A DNA stretch of 64,000 bases. It comes from Candidatus Cloacimonadota bacterium. GTDB taxonomy: Bacteria > Cloacimonadota > Cloacimonadia > G963667145. Of this stretch, positions 30,893 to 40,968 are shown piece by piece. A program made the translations under genes and the position numbers. The stretch is taken from NCBI GenBank assembly GCA_963676615.1, contig OY781092.1, positions 928,001-992,000 on the forward strand, read 5' to 3'. The notes under the pieces were generated by a model, which saw nothing but the letters and a program-made list of their open reading frames with translations, ran no database searches and was not told the origin of the DNA. The first letter of the stretch is position 1, and each line of letters begins with the position of its first letter.

Positions 30893-31100
30893 TCCTCCCA
30901 GCTAGAGGAACAGGGGAACGGGGCGGCATCCCGCTTCATTGAGTGAGACAGCGAGAAAAACAGCCTTTTATGGAAACTGCAAAACAGACTGTCGCAACCA
31001 AAAAAAACTCCGAACAAATTGCGGAGGTGCTCTCAACCTTGGAACTCTCTAAACACCTCTCGAAATCTCGTTGGCTTTTTGAAGCGGGCGTCCTTTTCTG
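30893..31100 (-). repeat. Inverted copy of the CCGCTTCA...TGAAGCGG cassette with a different core, plus linker module (locus C)
   Basis: GCATCCCGCTTCAT (30926) and GAAGCGGGCGTCCTTTTCTG (31081-31100) are reverse complements of the ends of 10454-10547. Confidence 0.8.
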
Positions 31101-31201
31101 TTTCTCTTTTCGGACGCCCGAAAATGAGAAAATCACTCTGATAAGAGAGAAAATAAACAAAACTCATTGCAACCACAAAAGCTCTTTGCAAAAGATAAAA
31201 T

Positions 31202-31232
31202 AAAAAAAGGCGATTTATAAAAAACCGCCTTT
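31202..31232 (-). terminator. Terminator after pckA-like gene
   Basis: AAAGGCG...CGCCTTT hairpin with T-run on minus strand. Confidence 0.7.
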
Positions 31233-31256
31233 CTTTTTAATTTCGCTAAAAGCAAA

Positions 31257-32984
31257 CTAGCATTTCACCTTCAAAGAAGCCACAAGTTTCGCCAAAAGCT
31301 CTGGCTTTTCTGCCACATCGGAGCTTTCCAAAAAGTCCACTCTTTGTTGGAATCTGCTTTTGACCATCTTTTTGTATTCAGCCAAATTTTGGCGTTTTGC
31401 TGGATCATATTTTTCGTAATATCCAGGCACCAACTTCTCGATCGAATCTTTGGTCGGAATCATCGCCCCTGGCAAAAGATCCCACTCTTCCCACTCGAGC
31501 GAGTCGGTCAAAACCGCCGTTTGCAACGACAACGAAGTCTTGAGCTTGATATCTTCCAAATCGTCCACAGACGAGCTCCAATACCCAGCCGAGTTGAACA
31601 CAAAGCACTCTGCGCCGTTCTCGATAACGGTCTTGAACGCCTCCACATCTTTGTATAACTCATACACACGGAATGGGTTAGCGTATGGCACGAACACCAA
31701 CTTGCCCAAATCTTCTGCCTTCACATTTTCCGCAGCGTTCCTTTCGGTCATCAAGGCAGCACCCATTGCAACGCCCAAATATTTGTCGCTAATCTTCACC
31801 ACAGGAGGCAAAATTGTGTCTTTCATCAGCCAAACAAGAGAGTTCGGGAACTCGCATCTGTTCACCCAAGAGCCAAGCAAATCGCGATCGAAAAGCGCGC
31901 GACCATTTTGCTGACGAGCGTCGAGTCCCAGCGGAACGACCTTGTCTTTGTAGGTGATAATCGCGTGGTTCATCACCGCTGTCAGATAGTTCCACTCTGG
32001 ATTATCCAAATCGCGCGAGTCGGTTTTGTCGAACAAACTTGGCTCCCAAACGCGGCAAACTTTCTCTTTCACATCGATTTGGAAAGCGTCGTCGTGCAGC
32101 ACAACTTTTTTGAAGCCCTCTGGCATCGTGCCGGCGTTATCCGCAGAGTTGGTGTGCGAAGATTTGCCCGTTCCAGACAAACCGTAGAACGCGATGGCTC
32201 TCTTGCCCAATTTTTTGTAATCGCCAGCGCATTCCGAGAAATCGATCTCCTTGATACCGCCGTGACTAGCAGCCATACCAAGGCGCATTCCGCTGGTCCA
32301 CGCCAAAGTGAGCGTCCCTTTTTTTCTCTCGCCAAAATAGCGCATTCCAAGGTTTACAATCACATTGTGATCTTGGTCAACCAAAGCCAGTTGCGGCGCG
32401 CCAGTGTTTTCGTAGAATGGATCGGCGTTGCTCCAATCGTTAAAAGCAAGGATGAGAATGTCCTGAATCGGCAGCTCTTTGCTGGCGGCATACTCTTTTG
32501 CCATCGACTCAAACGGCGTAAAGTTGCACAACCAGTTGAACACATTGTTCGCGTCCGACTCGGTGGTGATATATGTGGCTTTGAGCATCAAATCGTTGTC
32601 CAAGCCAACAATCGCCTCTGCTTTGATGAGCGGTTGTTTTTGCATCTGATAAACAGCCTCGCGCAAGTCTCCGTTGAGCTTTCTTTTGTCGGCAGCGGAA
32701 CTTTTGGAATAAAATCTTCTAGCCTTGGCGGTTCGGCCGATGATTTTTCCGTGATTGTCCACAAGCACCTTGGCGCCCTTTGGCAAACCCAATCTTTTAG
32801 CAGTTCCTTCGTAGATCTCAAGGTCTGTTTCTTCCACACTCGACTGCTTTTTGGCCAGCTCATAAGCCTCAGCCGCGGTTACTTTACGCACTTTCTTCGA
32901 GTGCAACAAAGTTTCTGCCACCGCTCTTACCGGTGAAATCTGGTCGATAGAGTCATAAAACTCTAAGCTTGGTTTACTAGACAT
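31257..32984 (-). CDS. pckA: Phosphoenolpyruvate carboxykinase (ATP) family protein, divergent type
   Basis: YFGERKKG, SHGG, YGLSGTGKS P-loop, LHDD, ANPFR; ATG 32984 with AAGGAG RBS. Confidence 0.8.
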   Translation of the reverse strand: MSSKPSLEFYDSIDQISPVRAVAETLLHSKKVRKVTAAEAYELAKKQSSVEETDLEIYEGTAKRLGLPKGAKVLVDNHGKIIGRTAKARRFYSKSSAADKRKLNGDLREAVYQMQKQPLIKAEAIVGLDNDLMLKATYITTESDANNVFNWLCNFTPFESMAKEYAASKELPIQDILILAFNDWSNADPFYENTGAPQLALVDQDHNVIVNLGMRYFGERKKGTLTLAWTSGMRLGMAASHGGIKEIDFSECAGDYKKLGKRAIAFYGLSGTGKSSHTNSADNAGTMPEGFKKVVLHDDAFQIDVKEKVCRVWEPSLFDKTDSRDLDNPEWNYLTAVMNHAIITYKDKVVPLGLDARQQNGRALFDRDLLGSWVNRCEFPNSLVWLMKDTILPPVVKISDKYLGVAMGAALMTERNAAENVKAEDLGKLVFVPYANPFRVYELYKDVEAFKTVIENGAECFVFNSAGYWSSSVDDLEDIKLKTSLSLQTAVLTDSLEWEEWDLLPGAMIPTKDSIEKLVPGYYEKYDPAKRQNLAEYKKMVKSRFQQRVDFLESSDVAEKPELLAKLVASLKVKC

Positions 32985-33013
32985 ACTTAACTCTCCTTGT
33001 CTTAAGTAGTTTT

Positions 33014-35224
33014 TTACATGGCCTCTTGTCCACACTTCGGACAAACTTTGACCTGCTTCCCTTTTTTATTTCTAAGTTCCATATACGGATTGCCGCACGA
33101 CGGACACGCGATAGGCACTGGCTTGTTATTCGTGGCAAACTTGCAAGCGGGATACTCCGTGCACGCATAAAAAATTCCTCGCTTGCTCATTTTTTGGATA
33201 ATCTCGCCTTTGCCGCACTCTGGGCACTTCACTCCCAAAGTCAACGGCTTGGAAAATTTGCAATCTGGATAGCCACTACAAGCGACAAACTCGCCAAATC
33301 TCCCTTTTTTTATCGTCAAATCTTTCCCGCACTCTGGGCATTTTTCGTCCAAAACCTTTGGCTTCTCAATCTCGATCTGCCCTTTGGCGTTCGTCGTAAA
33401 ATCTGCCGAAAATTTGCATTTTGGATAGTCGCTACAAGTCAAAAACTGCCCGTTTCTTCCCCATTTAATCACCAAATATTTTCCGCATTTCGGACACTTC
33501 TTGCGCGTTTTTTTCACCAACGACTCTTTCGCCTTGCCCGTATCCACCTTATCCATCAGCTTGTGCATCTCTTGATAATAGACCGCCAAAAACTTCTTCC
33601 AATCCAGCTTTCCGTCGCTGATATCGTCCAAATCGCTCTCCATTCCAGAGGTAAACTCGGTGTTAAAAAACGAATCGAAACTTCCCACCAAAAACTTGTT
33701 CACCGCCATACCGAGCTCCAGCGCATAAAAACGCTTCTCCGAAAGCTGCACATAGCCCCGCTCTTGAATCGTCGACAAAATGCTGGCATAAGTCGAAGGT
33801 CTGCCGATGCCTTGCGCTTCCAGCTCCTTGATCAAAGAGCTCTCCGAATATCTGGCTGGCGGCTTGGTGAACTTCTGTTCAGGCAAAATCTCTTCCTTAT
33901 CCAAAAAATCGCCCTTTTCATAATCGGCAGAAATATTTTCGCCCAAAGCCAGCTTCGTAAACGAATAACAAGCCGTAAAACCTGCATCCTTAACGCTTCC
34001 GCCTATCGCCTCAAAAACCGCATCGCCCTTGCCAATAATCACCTTTTTGCTCACCACCACAGCAGCCTTCATCTGCGTCGCCACAAACCGCTGCCAAATC
34101 AAATTGTAGAGCTTAAACTGCTCGCTGGTCAAAAACTTTTTGATGCTCTCTGGCGTCCTGCTCACATCCGTCGGGCGTATCGCCTCGTGCGCGTCCTGCG
34201 CTCCCTTTTTTCCCTTGTAATGCCGCGGCTTTGGCTCAAGCGCCTGTTTCCCATAAAGCTCTGGAATCAAACCTCGCGTCGCCTGCACAGCCTCGTCCGA
34301 CATCCGCACCGAATCTGTCCTCATATAGGTGATAAGCCCCGTGCTGTCTTTCTCCAAAACGATACCCTCATACAACTTTTGGGCAACACCCATCGTGCGT
34401 TTTGCCGAAAAGCCAAGATAGGTCGAAGCCGCTCGCTGCAAAGTCGAAGTGATAAACGGCGGATACGGATTGGTCTTTCGCTGACTCTGTTCGATATCCA
34501 AAATATTCGACTCTTTGTCCGAAATCGCCCCTAAAATTTTATCAACATCATCCTTACACTTCGGATCAGCCTTTTCTCCAGCAAACTCCGTCAGTTTCGC
34601 CTTAAAAATCGGCGTTTTACCTTTTCCGAAATTCCCAAAAACTTCCCAAAACTCCTGCGGCACAAAAGCTTTAATTAGCTCCTCTCGCTCGCAAACCATC
34701 CGCAAAGCCACCGACTGCACTCTGCCAGCGGAAAGCCCATAGTAGATAACTCGCCAAATCAGCGGCGAAATTTCGTAGCCCACCAACCGATCCAGCACAC
34801 GCCGTGCCTGCTGCGAATTAACCATATTCATATCGATATCCACAGGCTCGCTCACCGCTTTCTGCACCGCCTTCTGCGTAATCTCGTTAAACACCACGCG
34901 ATACACCGGCTTATCCTTAATCTCTTTCTTCAAAAGCTCCGTCAGATGCCAAGCAATCGCCTCTCCCTCTCGATCGGGGTCAGCCGCCAAATAAATATCT
35001 TTCGCCGTCTTCGCCGCATCCTTTAGTTTTTTGGTAATCTTCGCCTTCGAGCGGTCGTTTACATACTTCACCTCAAAATTTTGCTCCACATCAACGCCCA
35101 ACTTGCTCTTGGGCAAATCACGAATATGCCCCATCGAAGACTCAACCTTAAAATTACTCCCCAAAAATTTCGAAATCGTCTTACTCTTGGCAGGAGACTC
35201 CACAATCAGCAAACTTTTCGCCAT
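33014..35224 (-). CDS. topA: DNA topoisomerase I
   Basis: IVESPAK, DPDREGEAI, SAGRVQS, LITYMRTDS, C-terminal C4 zinc ribbons. Confidence 0.98.
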   Translation of the reverse strand: MAKSLLIVESPAKSKTISKFLGSNFKVESSMGHIRDLPKSKLGVDVEQNFEVKYVNDRSKAKITKKLKDAAKTAKDIYLAADPDREGEAIAWHLTELLKKEIKDKPVYRVVFNEITQKAVQKAVSEPVDIDMNMVNSQQARRVLDRLVGYEISPLIWRVIYYGLSAGRVQSVALRMVCEREELIKAFVPQEFWEVFGNFGKGKTPIFKAKLTEFAGEKADPKCKDDVDKILGAISDKESNILDIEQSQRKTNPYPPFITSTLQRAASTYLGFSAKRTMGVAQKLYEGIVLEKDSTGLITYMRTDSVRMSDEAVQATRGLIPELYGKQALEPKPRHYKGKKGAQDAHEAIRPTDVSRTPESIKKFLTSEQFKLYNLIWQRFVATQMKAAVVVSKKVIIGKGDAVFEAIGGSVKDAGFTACYSFTKLALGENISADYEKGDFLDKEEILPEQKFTKPPARYSESSLIKELEAQGIGRPSTYASILSTIQERGYVQLSEKRFYALELGMAVNKFLVGSFDSFFNTEFTSGMESDLDDISDGKLDWKKFLAVYYQEMHKLMDKVDTGKAKESLVKKTRKKCPKCGKYLVIKWGRNGQFLTCSDYPKCKFSADFTTNAKGQIEIEKPKVLDEKCPECGKDLTIKKGRFGEFVACSGYPDCKFSKPLTLGVKCPECGKGEIIQKMSKRGIFYACTEYPACKFATNNKPVPIACPSCGNPYMELRNKKGKQVKVCPKCGQEAM

Positions 35225-35578
35225 CTAATTTTCCTCTTCCACATCGGGATATATTTTATCCATAATACTCACATACGCTTTGGATTTGCTCTCGTGCGGC
35301 GCAAACATCACCGAATCGACAATCTTCCGAAGATTCTCAATCTCAATTTTCTCCTTATAAAAATGACTAAACCCGTTAGACACCTCCATAATCGTCTCGA
35401 AAACTCTGGAATCGATCGACTCGCTATAAAGCAAATCCAGCAAAAAAGACTGCGCCGAACCAGTAAAAATCTCTCGCTCGCCACTGCTCATCACCCGATA
35501 ACTATCAACCGACTGCCCCTTCGGGCTGCCAAAAAGCTCAATCAGCTTTAGCCTTAATTTTTTCGTCATCTTATCCAT
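35225..35578 (-). CDS. Smg/DUF494-like protein (C-terminal half)
   Basis: S.R.....E....A..FL..L pattern recalls the Smg C-terminus; position upstream of topA matches smg-topA synteny. Confidence 0.55.
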   Translation of the reverse strand: MDKMTKKLRLKLIELFGSPKGQSVDSYRVMSSGEREIFTGSAQSFLLDLLYSESIDSRVFETIMEVSNGFSHFYKEKIEIENLRKIVDSVMFAPHESKSKAYVSIMDKIYPDVEEEN

Positions 35579-35581
35579 ATT

Positions 35582-37627
35582 CTACTTCAAATCTCCAGCT
35601 TCGATCTGGCTAAGGTCAATCACCCGCCTAATCGACCGCCTAATTTCCGCCAAAAGATTCCACCTATTCAGCCTCAACTTCTCATCCTCGGCGTTCACCA
35701 TAATTTTTTCAAAAAACAGCTCGATAAATCCGCAAAAATCGACCAACTCAGCTATTTTTTCTGCAAAACTTTTATCAGAATCCAAACTCAACTCGCTAAA
35801 AGCGGCAAAAAGTTCTTTCTCCTCTTTCTCCTGCAAAAGCTCCCTCTGCACCTCTCCACAAGGCTTCGCACTCGCCAAAATATTGTCAATCCGCTTGCAC
35901 GCCAACACCAAAAGCAAAAACTCGCTGCTACTTTTCATCGGCTGAAGCACCGCCAACTTCTTCTCTATCTCCAGTAAATTCAAACCGTTATCATCACTCA
36001 GCAAAGCCGACAACAAATCTGCTGGCACATTTTTTTGTCCAAAAACATACTTCGCCCGTTGCCGCAAAAAATCGACCACAAAATCCAAATGCTGGCTCTG
36101 AACACTCTCGGGCTGCACCGCAAAGCACTCTCGCACCACATCCACCAAATCAACATCGTAGCCCCTATCCAGCACAATTCGGCAAATTCCCGTTGCCGCA
36201 CGCCGCAGCGCAAAAGGGTCCGCAGAACCAGTCGGCAACATCCCAATCCCCACAATCCCGCAGAGCGTATCCATCTTGTCGGCAATCGCCAAAATCGCAC
36301 CCAAATCGCCGCTGGGCAGCTCATCGCCAAGACCTTTGGGCAGATAATGCTCCTCTATCGCCAAAGCCACCTGCGAGCTAACCCCCGCGCACAAAGCGTA
36401 CTGCCTGCCGATATACCCCTGCAACTTCGTGAACTCCTTCTCGCCGAGCATCGTCGTCACCAGATCGCACTTGCAAAGCTTCGCCGCAAGCAGCAAATCT
36501 TCGCCGCTACTCACCGACAGCTTCGCCCGCAAAAACTCGCCCAGCTTCTCCACGCGCTGCACTTTCGACAAAAGCGAACCCAAATCTCGCTGAAAAGTCA
36601 CATCGCCCAAACTCGGATAATATTCCAGCAAACTCTTTTTCGTGTCCTCTTTATAAAAAAACTCCGCATCCGAAAGCCGCGCCTTTGCCACCTTCTGATT
36701 GCCGACGATAATCAACTTCTCGTTCTCCTTCTTGCCATTGGACACAAACACAAACTTATTCACCAGCTTGCCGTCTTTCTTCGTCGCAAAGCACTTTTGA
36801 TGCTCGCACAAAGTCGTCACGATTATCTTCTCTGGCAACTGCAAAAACCGCTTATCAAACTCGCCAACCATCACCACAGGATACTCCACAATATCGCACA
36901 CCAAATCCATCAGCCTGCTATCGGCAACCACCTCAACATCCAAAAGCGCAAACTGTTCCGCAATTTTCTCCATCCGCTTTTTCCGATTGGCAATCACTCT
37001 GCCGCTCAAAAGCGCCGCTTCATAATCGTCCGCCTGCCCCAGCTCGTGCCGTCTGCCAAACTCCCGATGCGAAAAAGTCGCCCTGCCAGTCTTTACATCA
37101 GCCACCTGAAAATCGAGCACCTGATCATCCAGCAAAGCCACCAGCCAGCGGATTGGTCGCGCAAACAGAAAAGTGCCGCTTCCCCATTTCATCGACTTGG
37201 GAAAACTGATCTTCTCAATCGCCTCTTTGGACAAACTCGCCAAAATATCCGCCGTCTTCTGCCCCTTCCGCTCATAACTCACGCAAATATTTTTGCCCTT
37301 TTTGCCCTCAACAACGCAAATCTGGCTCGCATCGCAACCGCTACTACGCAAAAAACCTTCGCCCGCTTTGGACAAACTCTTGCCATCTGGCAAATAAGCG
37401 ACCTCCACTCTCGGTCCGATTTTCTCAATCGTCTTATCTTTTTGCGCCCCAGGAAGCCCCAAAATCAGCAGCGCCATTCTGCGTGGAGTATCAAAAACCT
37501 CAATCTGCTCAAAACCGAGCTCAGACTCCTGCAACCCCTTTTGCAAAAAACTCTTCAGCTGACCGACAGCGCCAGCGATATATCCCGCAGGAATCTCTTC
37601 AGTTCCCACTTCCAACAAAAAATTCAT
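35582..37627 (-). CDS. glyS: Glycine--tRNA ligase beta subunit
   Basis: FLLEVGTEEIPA, TPRR, FARPIRW, LVTTM..EFTKLQG, GSADPFALRR. Confidence 0.97.
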   Translation of the reverse strand: MNFLLEVGTEEIPAGYIAGAVGQLKSFLQKGLQESELGFEQIEVFDTPRRMALLILGLPGAQKDKTIEKIGPRVEVAYLPDGKSLSKAGEGFLRSSGCDASQICVVEGKKGKNICVSYERKGQKTADILASLSKEAIEKISFPKSMKWGSGTFLFARPIRWLVALLDDQVLDFQVADVKTGRATFSHREFGRRHELGQADDYEAALLSGRVIANRKKRMEKIAEQFALLDVEVVADSRLMDLVCDIVEYPVVMVGEFDKRFLQLPEKIIVTTLCEHQKCFATKKDGKLVNKFVFVSNGKKENEKLIIVGNQKVAKARLSDAEFFYKEDTKKSLLEYYPSLGDVTFQRDLGSLLSKVQRVEKLGEFLRAKLSVSSGEDLLLAAKLCKCDLVTTMLGEKEFTKLQGYIGRQYALCAGVSSQVALAIEEHYLPKGLGDELPSGDLGAILAIADKMDTLCGIVGIGMLPTGSADPFALRRAATGICRIVLDRGYDVDLVDVVRECFAVQPESVQSQHLDFVVDFLRQRAKYVFGQKNVPADLLSALLSDDNGLNLLEIEKKLAVLQPMKSSSEFLLLVLACKRIDNILASAKPCGEVQRELLQEKEEKELFAAFSELSLDSDKSFAEKIAELVDFCGFIELFFEKIMVNAEDEKLRLNRWNLLAEIRRSIRRVIDLSQIEAGDLK

Positions 37628-37642
37628 CTTCTAATTCTCTAA

Positions 37643-39013
37643 TCAAAAATCCGTTATTTTTCGGCACACCTCGCGGCAAATACTCTCCGCCAAATCTTCA
37701 CTCTGCGCCTCAACATACACCCGCACAATTGGCTCGGTTCCGCTTTTGCGAATATGCACCCACTTTTTTTCGCCGACGATTTTAACGCCGTCTTTAATAT
37801 CCAAAAATTTTTCTTCGCCTTGCCAAAAATCTGCCTCTTCATAAATTTTGCCAGCCAAACTCATCACCTTATCCAAATCAGAAAAACTGGTTTCAATCTT
37901 CTGTTTTGCAAAAAAATAGGTCGGCAACTCGGCGTTCAGCTCCGATAGTTTTTTACCCGAAAGCGCCATATAATTCAGCACGATAGCAATCCCCACAATC
38001 GCATCGCGCGTGTAATGCAGCTCCGAACAAATCACACCGCCATTGCCCTCGCCACCAATCTTCGCCCCCACCTCTTTCATCTTCGAGCCGACATTTATCT
38101 CGCCAACTTTTTCTCGAAAAACCTTAACGCCATACTTCGCCGCCAAATCGTCGCTGCCCATCGAAGACGAAAGGTTCGTCACAATATCGCTAGGCGTCCT
38201 CGACAAAATAAAATCCTCGCACAAAAGCAAACTTTTCTCCTCGCCGATGCACACCCCATTCTCGTCCACAATCGCCAGACGGTCAACATCTGGATCCGTA
38301 GCAAAACCGACATCCACGCCGCTGTCTTTCGCCAAATCGCAAAGCTGCTGCAAATTTTTTGCTTGCGGCTCGGGATTATGCGCAAAAACGCCCGTCGGCT
38401 CTGTGTTTATCTGCTCCACCACACAACCAAGACGCTTCAAAAGTTCAAGGCAAATCTCGCCTCCAGCGCCGTTAACTGTGTCCAGAGCCACTCGAAATCT
38501 CTTGTGCCGAATCGCCTGCAAATCCATAAACGACAGACCTAAAATCTTCTCCAGATGCAACTCTATCGCCGTCTGATCTTGCTCCTGCGTCCCCATTTTG
38601 TCCCAGCTTGCATAAGCGACCTCTTCTTTCAAAGAGTCGATAAACTTTTTCGCCTTCTCGGGATACAAAAACAAGCCGTTGGCGTCCACGAACTTCATCG
38701 CGTTCCACTGCCCAGGATTGTGGCTAGCTGTAATGGCGATGCCTCCGCAAGCGTCCGACTCTTGCACCAGTAGCAGCACCGTTGGTGTAGCCACAACGCC
38801 GATATCAACCACCGTGCAACCCACGCTCAGCAGCCCCGCCTTCACGCTGTGCAACATCGCTTCTCCTGTGGTTCTGCTGTCTCTGCCTACCACGATTTTT
38901 CCGCAGCCTTGGCTCAAACCAAATTTGGCAGCAACTCGCACGACATTTTCTGGCAAAAGATCTTTGCCATAGACACCCCTCATCCCCGAAACACTCACCA
39001 TCAATTTACTCAT
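37643..39013 (-). CDS. Phosphoglucosamine mutase / phosphomannomutase family
   Basis: TASHNP phosphoserine loop, DPDVDR metal loop, GGEGNGG, RKSGTEP. Confidence 0.92.
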   Translation of the reverse strand: MSKLMVSVSGMRGVYGKDLLPENVVRVAAKFGLSQGCGKIVVGRDSRTTGEAMLHSVKAGLLSVGCTVVDIGVVATPTVLLLVQESDACGGIAITASHNPGQWNAMKFVDANGLFLYPEKAKKFIDSLKEEVAYASWDKMGTQEQDQTAIELHLEKILGLSFMDLQAIRHKRFRVALDTVNGAGGEICLELLKRLGCVVEQINTEPTGVFAHNPEPQAKNLQQLCDLAKDSGVDVGFATDPDVDRLAIVDENGVCIGEEKSLLLCEDFILSRTPSDIVTNLSSSMGSDDLAAKYGVKVFREKVGEINVGSKMKEVGAKIGGEGNGGVICSELHYTRDAIVGIAIVLNYMALSGKKLSELNAELPTYFFAKQKIETSFSDLDKVMSLAGKIYEEADFWQGEEKFLDIKDGVKIVGEKKWVHIRKSGTEPIVRVYVEAQSEDLAESICREVCRKITDF

Positions 39014-39142
39014 TTTCAGTCCTTTAAAATTTTTGGGATATTTTTTGTGAAGTTGCAAATTGTCAAAATTTTTTTGCAAAATTAACCAATCAACCTAAGA
39101 AGGACCATCAAAACCGCTTTTCTAAAAAAAATAAAAAAAACA

Positions 39143-39763
39143 CTACGCCCAATTTTTCACAAAATCGTAGGCGTGCTCAAACTCTTGCCAAAAATTTCCT
39201 GGAATCCAGAACATCGCAAAAGAGCTATCTTGCGGATGATAAGCCATATGCCGCAAAAATTTGGGCTGCGCAGTTTGCAAAAAATTTGTCAGCGCCAAAA
39301 AATCAGCCTCATTCTCGCAAAAAACGGAAAAACTTTGTCCGCCAGCTTTCACTTTTTTGCTCTTCAAATCGCCAATTTTTATCGCCTGCGCGCATTTGCT
39401 GTGCAAAATATGCCAAGCCCCACTGGCAGTAGCGGTTTTGGCGAAAATCGTCAGATAAAGTTTATCGCTTCTGCCAAAAATTTTTGCGATAGGCAGATAG
39501 AGCGGCGACTGCCGTGGAAGCAGCGTCAACACGCCATTTATGTGCGAGATTTTTTTGGACTTTACGCTTTTGTAGTTGAAATTGTAGCCAATCAAACCGC
39601 CAATGTTGGTGTAGCTTTTTTGCTTGGGGCGCAAAACTTCCTCCAAAATGCGAAAAGTCACTCTGCCCAATTTTTTGTTGTATCTGGCTCCAAAAAAATA
39701 GGCGAAAGCGAGCACCAAAGTCAGCACCACGAACAGATAAAAAAGCGGATTTTCTTCCATCAT
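39143..39763 (-). CDS. Single-pass membrane protein, CCDC47/DUF1682-like motifs
   Basis: N-terminal TM followed by YFFG...N..L and LLPRQ..L...SD blocks; ATGA overlap with ArsA-family gene. Confidence 0.6.
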   Translation of the reverse strand: MMEENPLFYLFVVLTLVLAFAYFFGARYNKKLGRVTFRILEEVLRPKQKSYTNIGGLIGYNFNYKSVKSKKISHINGVLTLLPRQSPLYLPIAKIFGRSDKLYLTIFAKTATASGAWHILHSKCAQAIKIGDLKSKKVKAGGQSFSVFCENEADFLALTNFLQTAQPKFLRHMAYHPQDSSFAMFWIPGNFWQEFEHAYDFVKNWA

Positions 39764-40671
39764 TCCTTTTCCTTTTTTTGCAAAATTTTTGTCAAATCTT
39801 CGCTAAATTTTTGATAATCAGATCGTTCCAGCAGCTCTAAACATCTGGTTTTTTTGCCCAGCAGCTTTTTTTTGATGCACAAAATCCGCTCATTTTGCCC
39901 GTCTGCAACCTTATTTATCAGCACAAATCTCAGCTCGATTCCGATTTCCCGCAGGCTCGCCTTTATCCGCTGCGACTCTTTTAGCGAGAGCTCATCCAAA
40001 TTCAGCACAATCCCACAGTGCGTGCTATCGCCTTTGAGCAAATCCTCAAGCCAACGATAGTCGGCAATCAGATTTTTTATCTTCTGCATCACCCTATCAT
40101 CGGTCTTTGCCCTGCGCGAGCGCAACTCGTTCTCTGGCTGACTGATAGCGGTAATGGCGTGCCGTCGCTCCAAAATTTTCTCCCGCAATTTTTTGAGCTG
40201 GTGTAGCCATTTTAGCGATATAGAAGCCAACGCCAAAACCCGCAAAGCCAAGCCCGTTGGCGGCGTGTCTATGACAATATTTTCGTAATTTGCGCTCTCT
40301 TTTTGCAAAAGTTGCAAAAGTGCCGAAACCGACGCAAACTCCTGCATCCCAGGCAGATAACGAAAAAGGTTGAAATATTTATCAACATTGTAGACGGTCG
40401 TATAGGAGTAAACTTGTTGCATCAGCTCTTTGGTTTTGGCGATATAAGCGTCGGCAGATTTTTGCGTATCAACTTCTAAAACAGCCAAATTGTCGGAAAA
40501 TTTTTTAATTTTTCCCGTAAAATTTTCGCCAAAAATATCACCCAAATTATGAGCGGGATCGAAAGACGCTAAAAGCGTCGCCTGATTTTTTTTAGCTAGC
40601 TGATGCGCCAGCGCCGACGAGCAGGTGGATTTGCCCACTCCGCCTTTTCCCAAAAGTATGACGAGTTTCAC
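39760..40671 (-). CDS. ArsA/Get3 (TRC40) family ATPase, single domain
   Basis: GKGGVGKST deviant Walker A, DPAHNLGD, DTPPTG, INK. Confidence 0.92.
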   Translation of the reverse strand: MKLVILLGKGGVGKSTCSSALAHQLAKKNQATLLASFDPAHNLGDIFGENFTGKIKKFSDNLAVLEVDTQKSADAYIAKTKELMQQVYSYTTVYNVDKYFNLFRYLPGMQEFASVSALLQLLQKESANYENIVIDTPPTGLALRVLALASISLKWLHQLKKLREKILERRHAITAISQPENELRSRRAKTDDRVMQKIKNLIADYRWLEDLLKGDSTHCGIVLNLDELSLKESQRIKASLREIGIELRFVLINKVADGQNERILCIKKKLLGKKTRCLELLERSDYQKFSEDLTKILQKKEKE

Positions 40672-40937
40672 AGCTCGCTCATTGCGGCAATTGTCGCCAA
40701 CATATCGTCCGCATTTTGCGCCTTGTCAAAAAAAAGCTGCCACTCTTTTTCCATATCGGGCAGATATTCCAAACTGTGATAAAACATCGGCATAGGAAAT
40801 CCCAAAAAGCAGCTCATCGACAGAAGGCAAAAAATGTTTTCCAGCTCCTGCAACTCCGTTTGCAAGCTCTCGACCGCCTTGCCACGATGCACGCTCTCCA
40901 AGGTTTCCCATGCCGCTCTAAAAAAATCCAGCTTCAA
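40668..40937 (-). CDS. Small CstA/ArsA-associated protein (cory-CC-star-like, without terminal CC)
   Basis: ELENIFCLL...FLGFP.P...SLEYLP pattern recalled from small proteins between cstA and arsA-like genes; ATGA overlap. Confidence 0.65.
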   Translation of the reverse strand: MKLDFFRAAWETLESVHRGKAVESLQTELQELENIFCLLSMSCFLGFPMPMFYHSLEYLPDMEKEWQLFFDKAQNADDMLATIAAMSEL

Positions 40938-40968
40938 GCAATTTTCCTAACAATCAAATCAACCAACG

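Noticed and set aside
39760..40671. Arsenic resistance annotation for the ArsA-family ATPase
   Set aside because: Single domain, with no arsB, acr3, arsC, arsD or arsR in context
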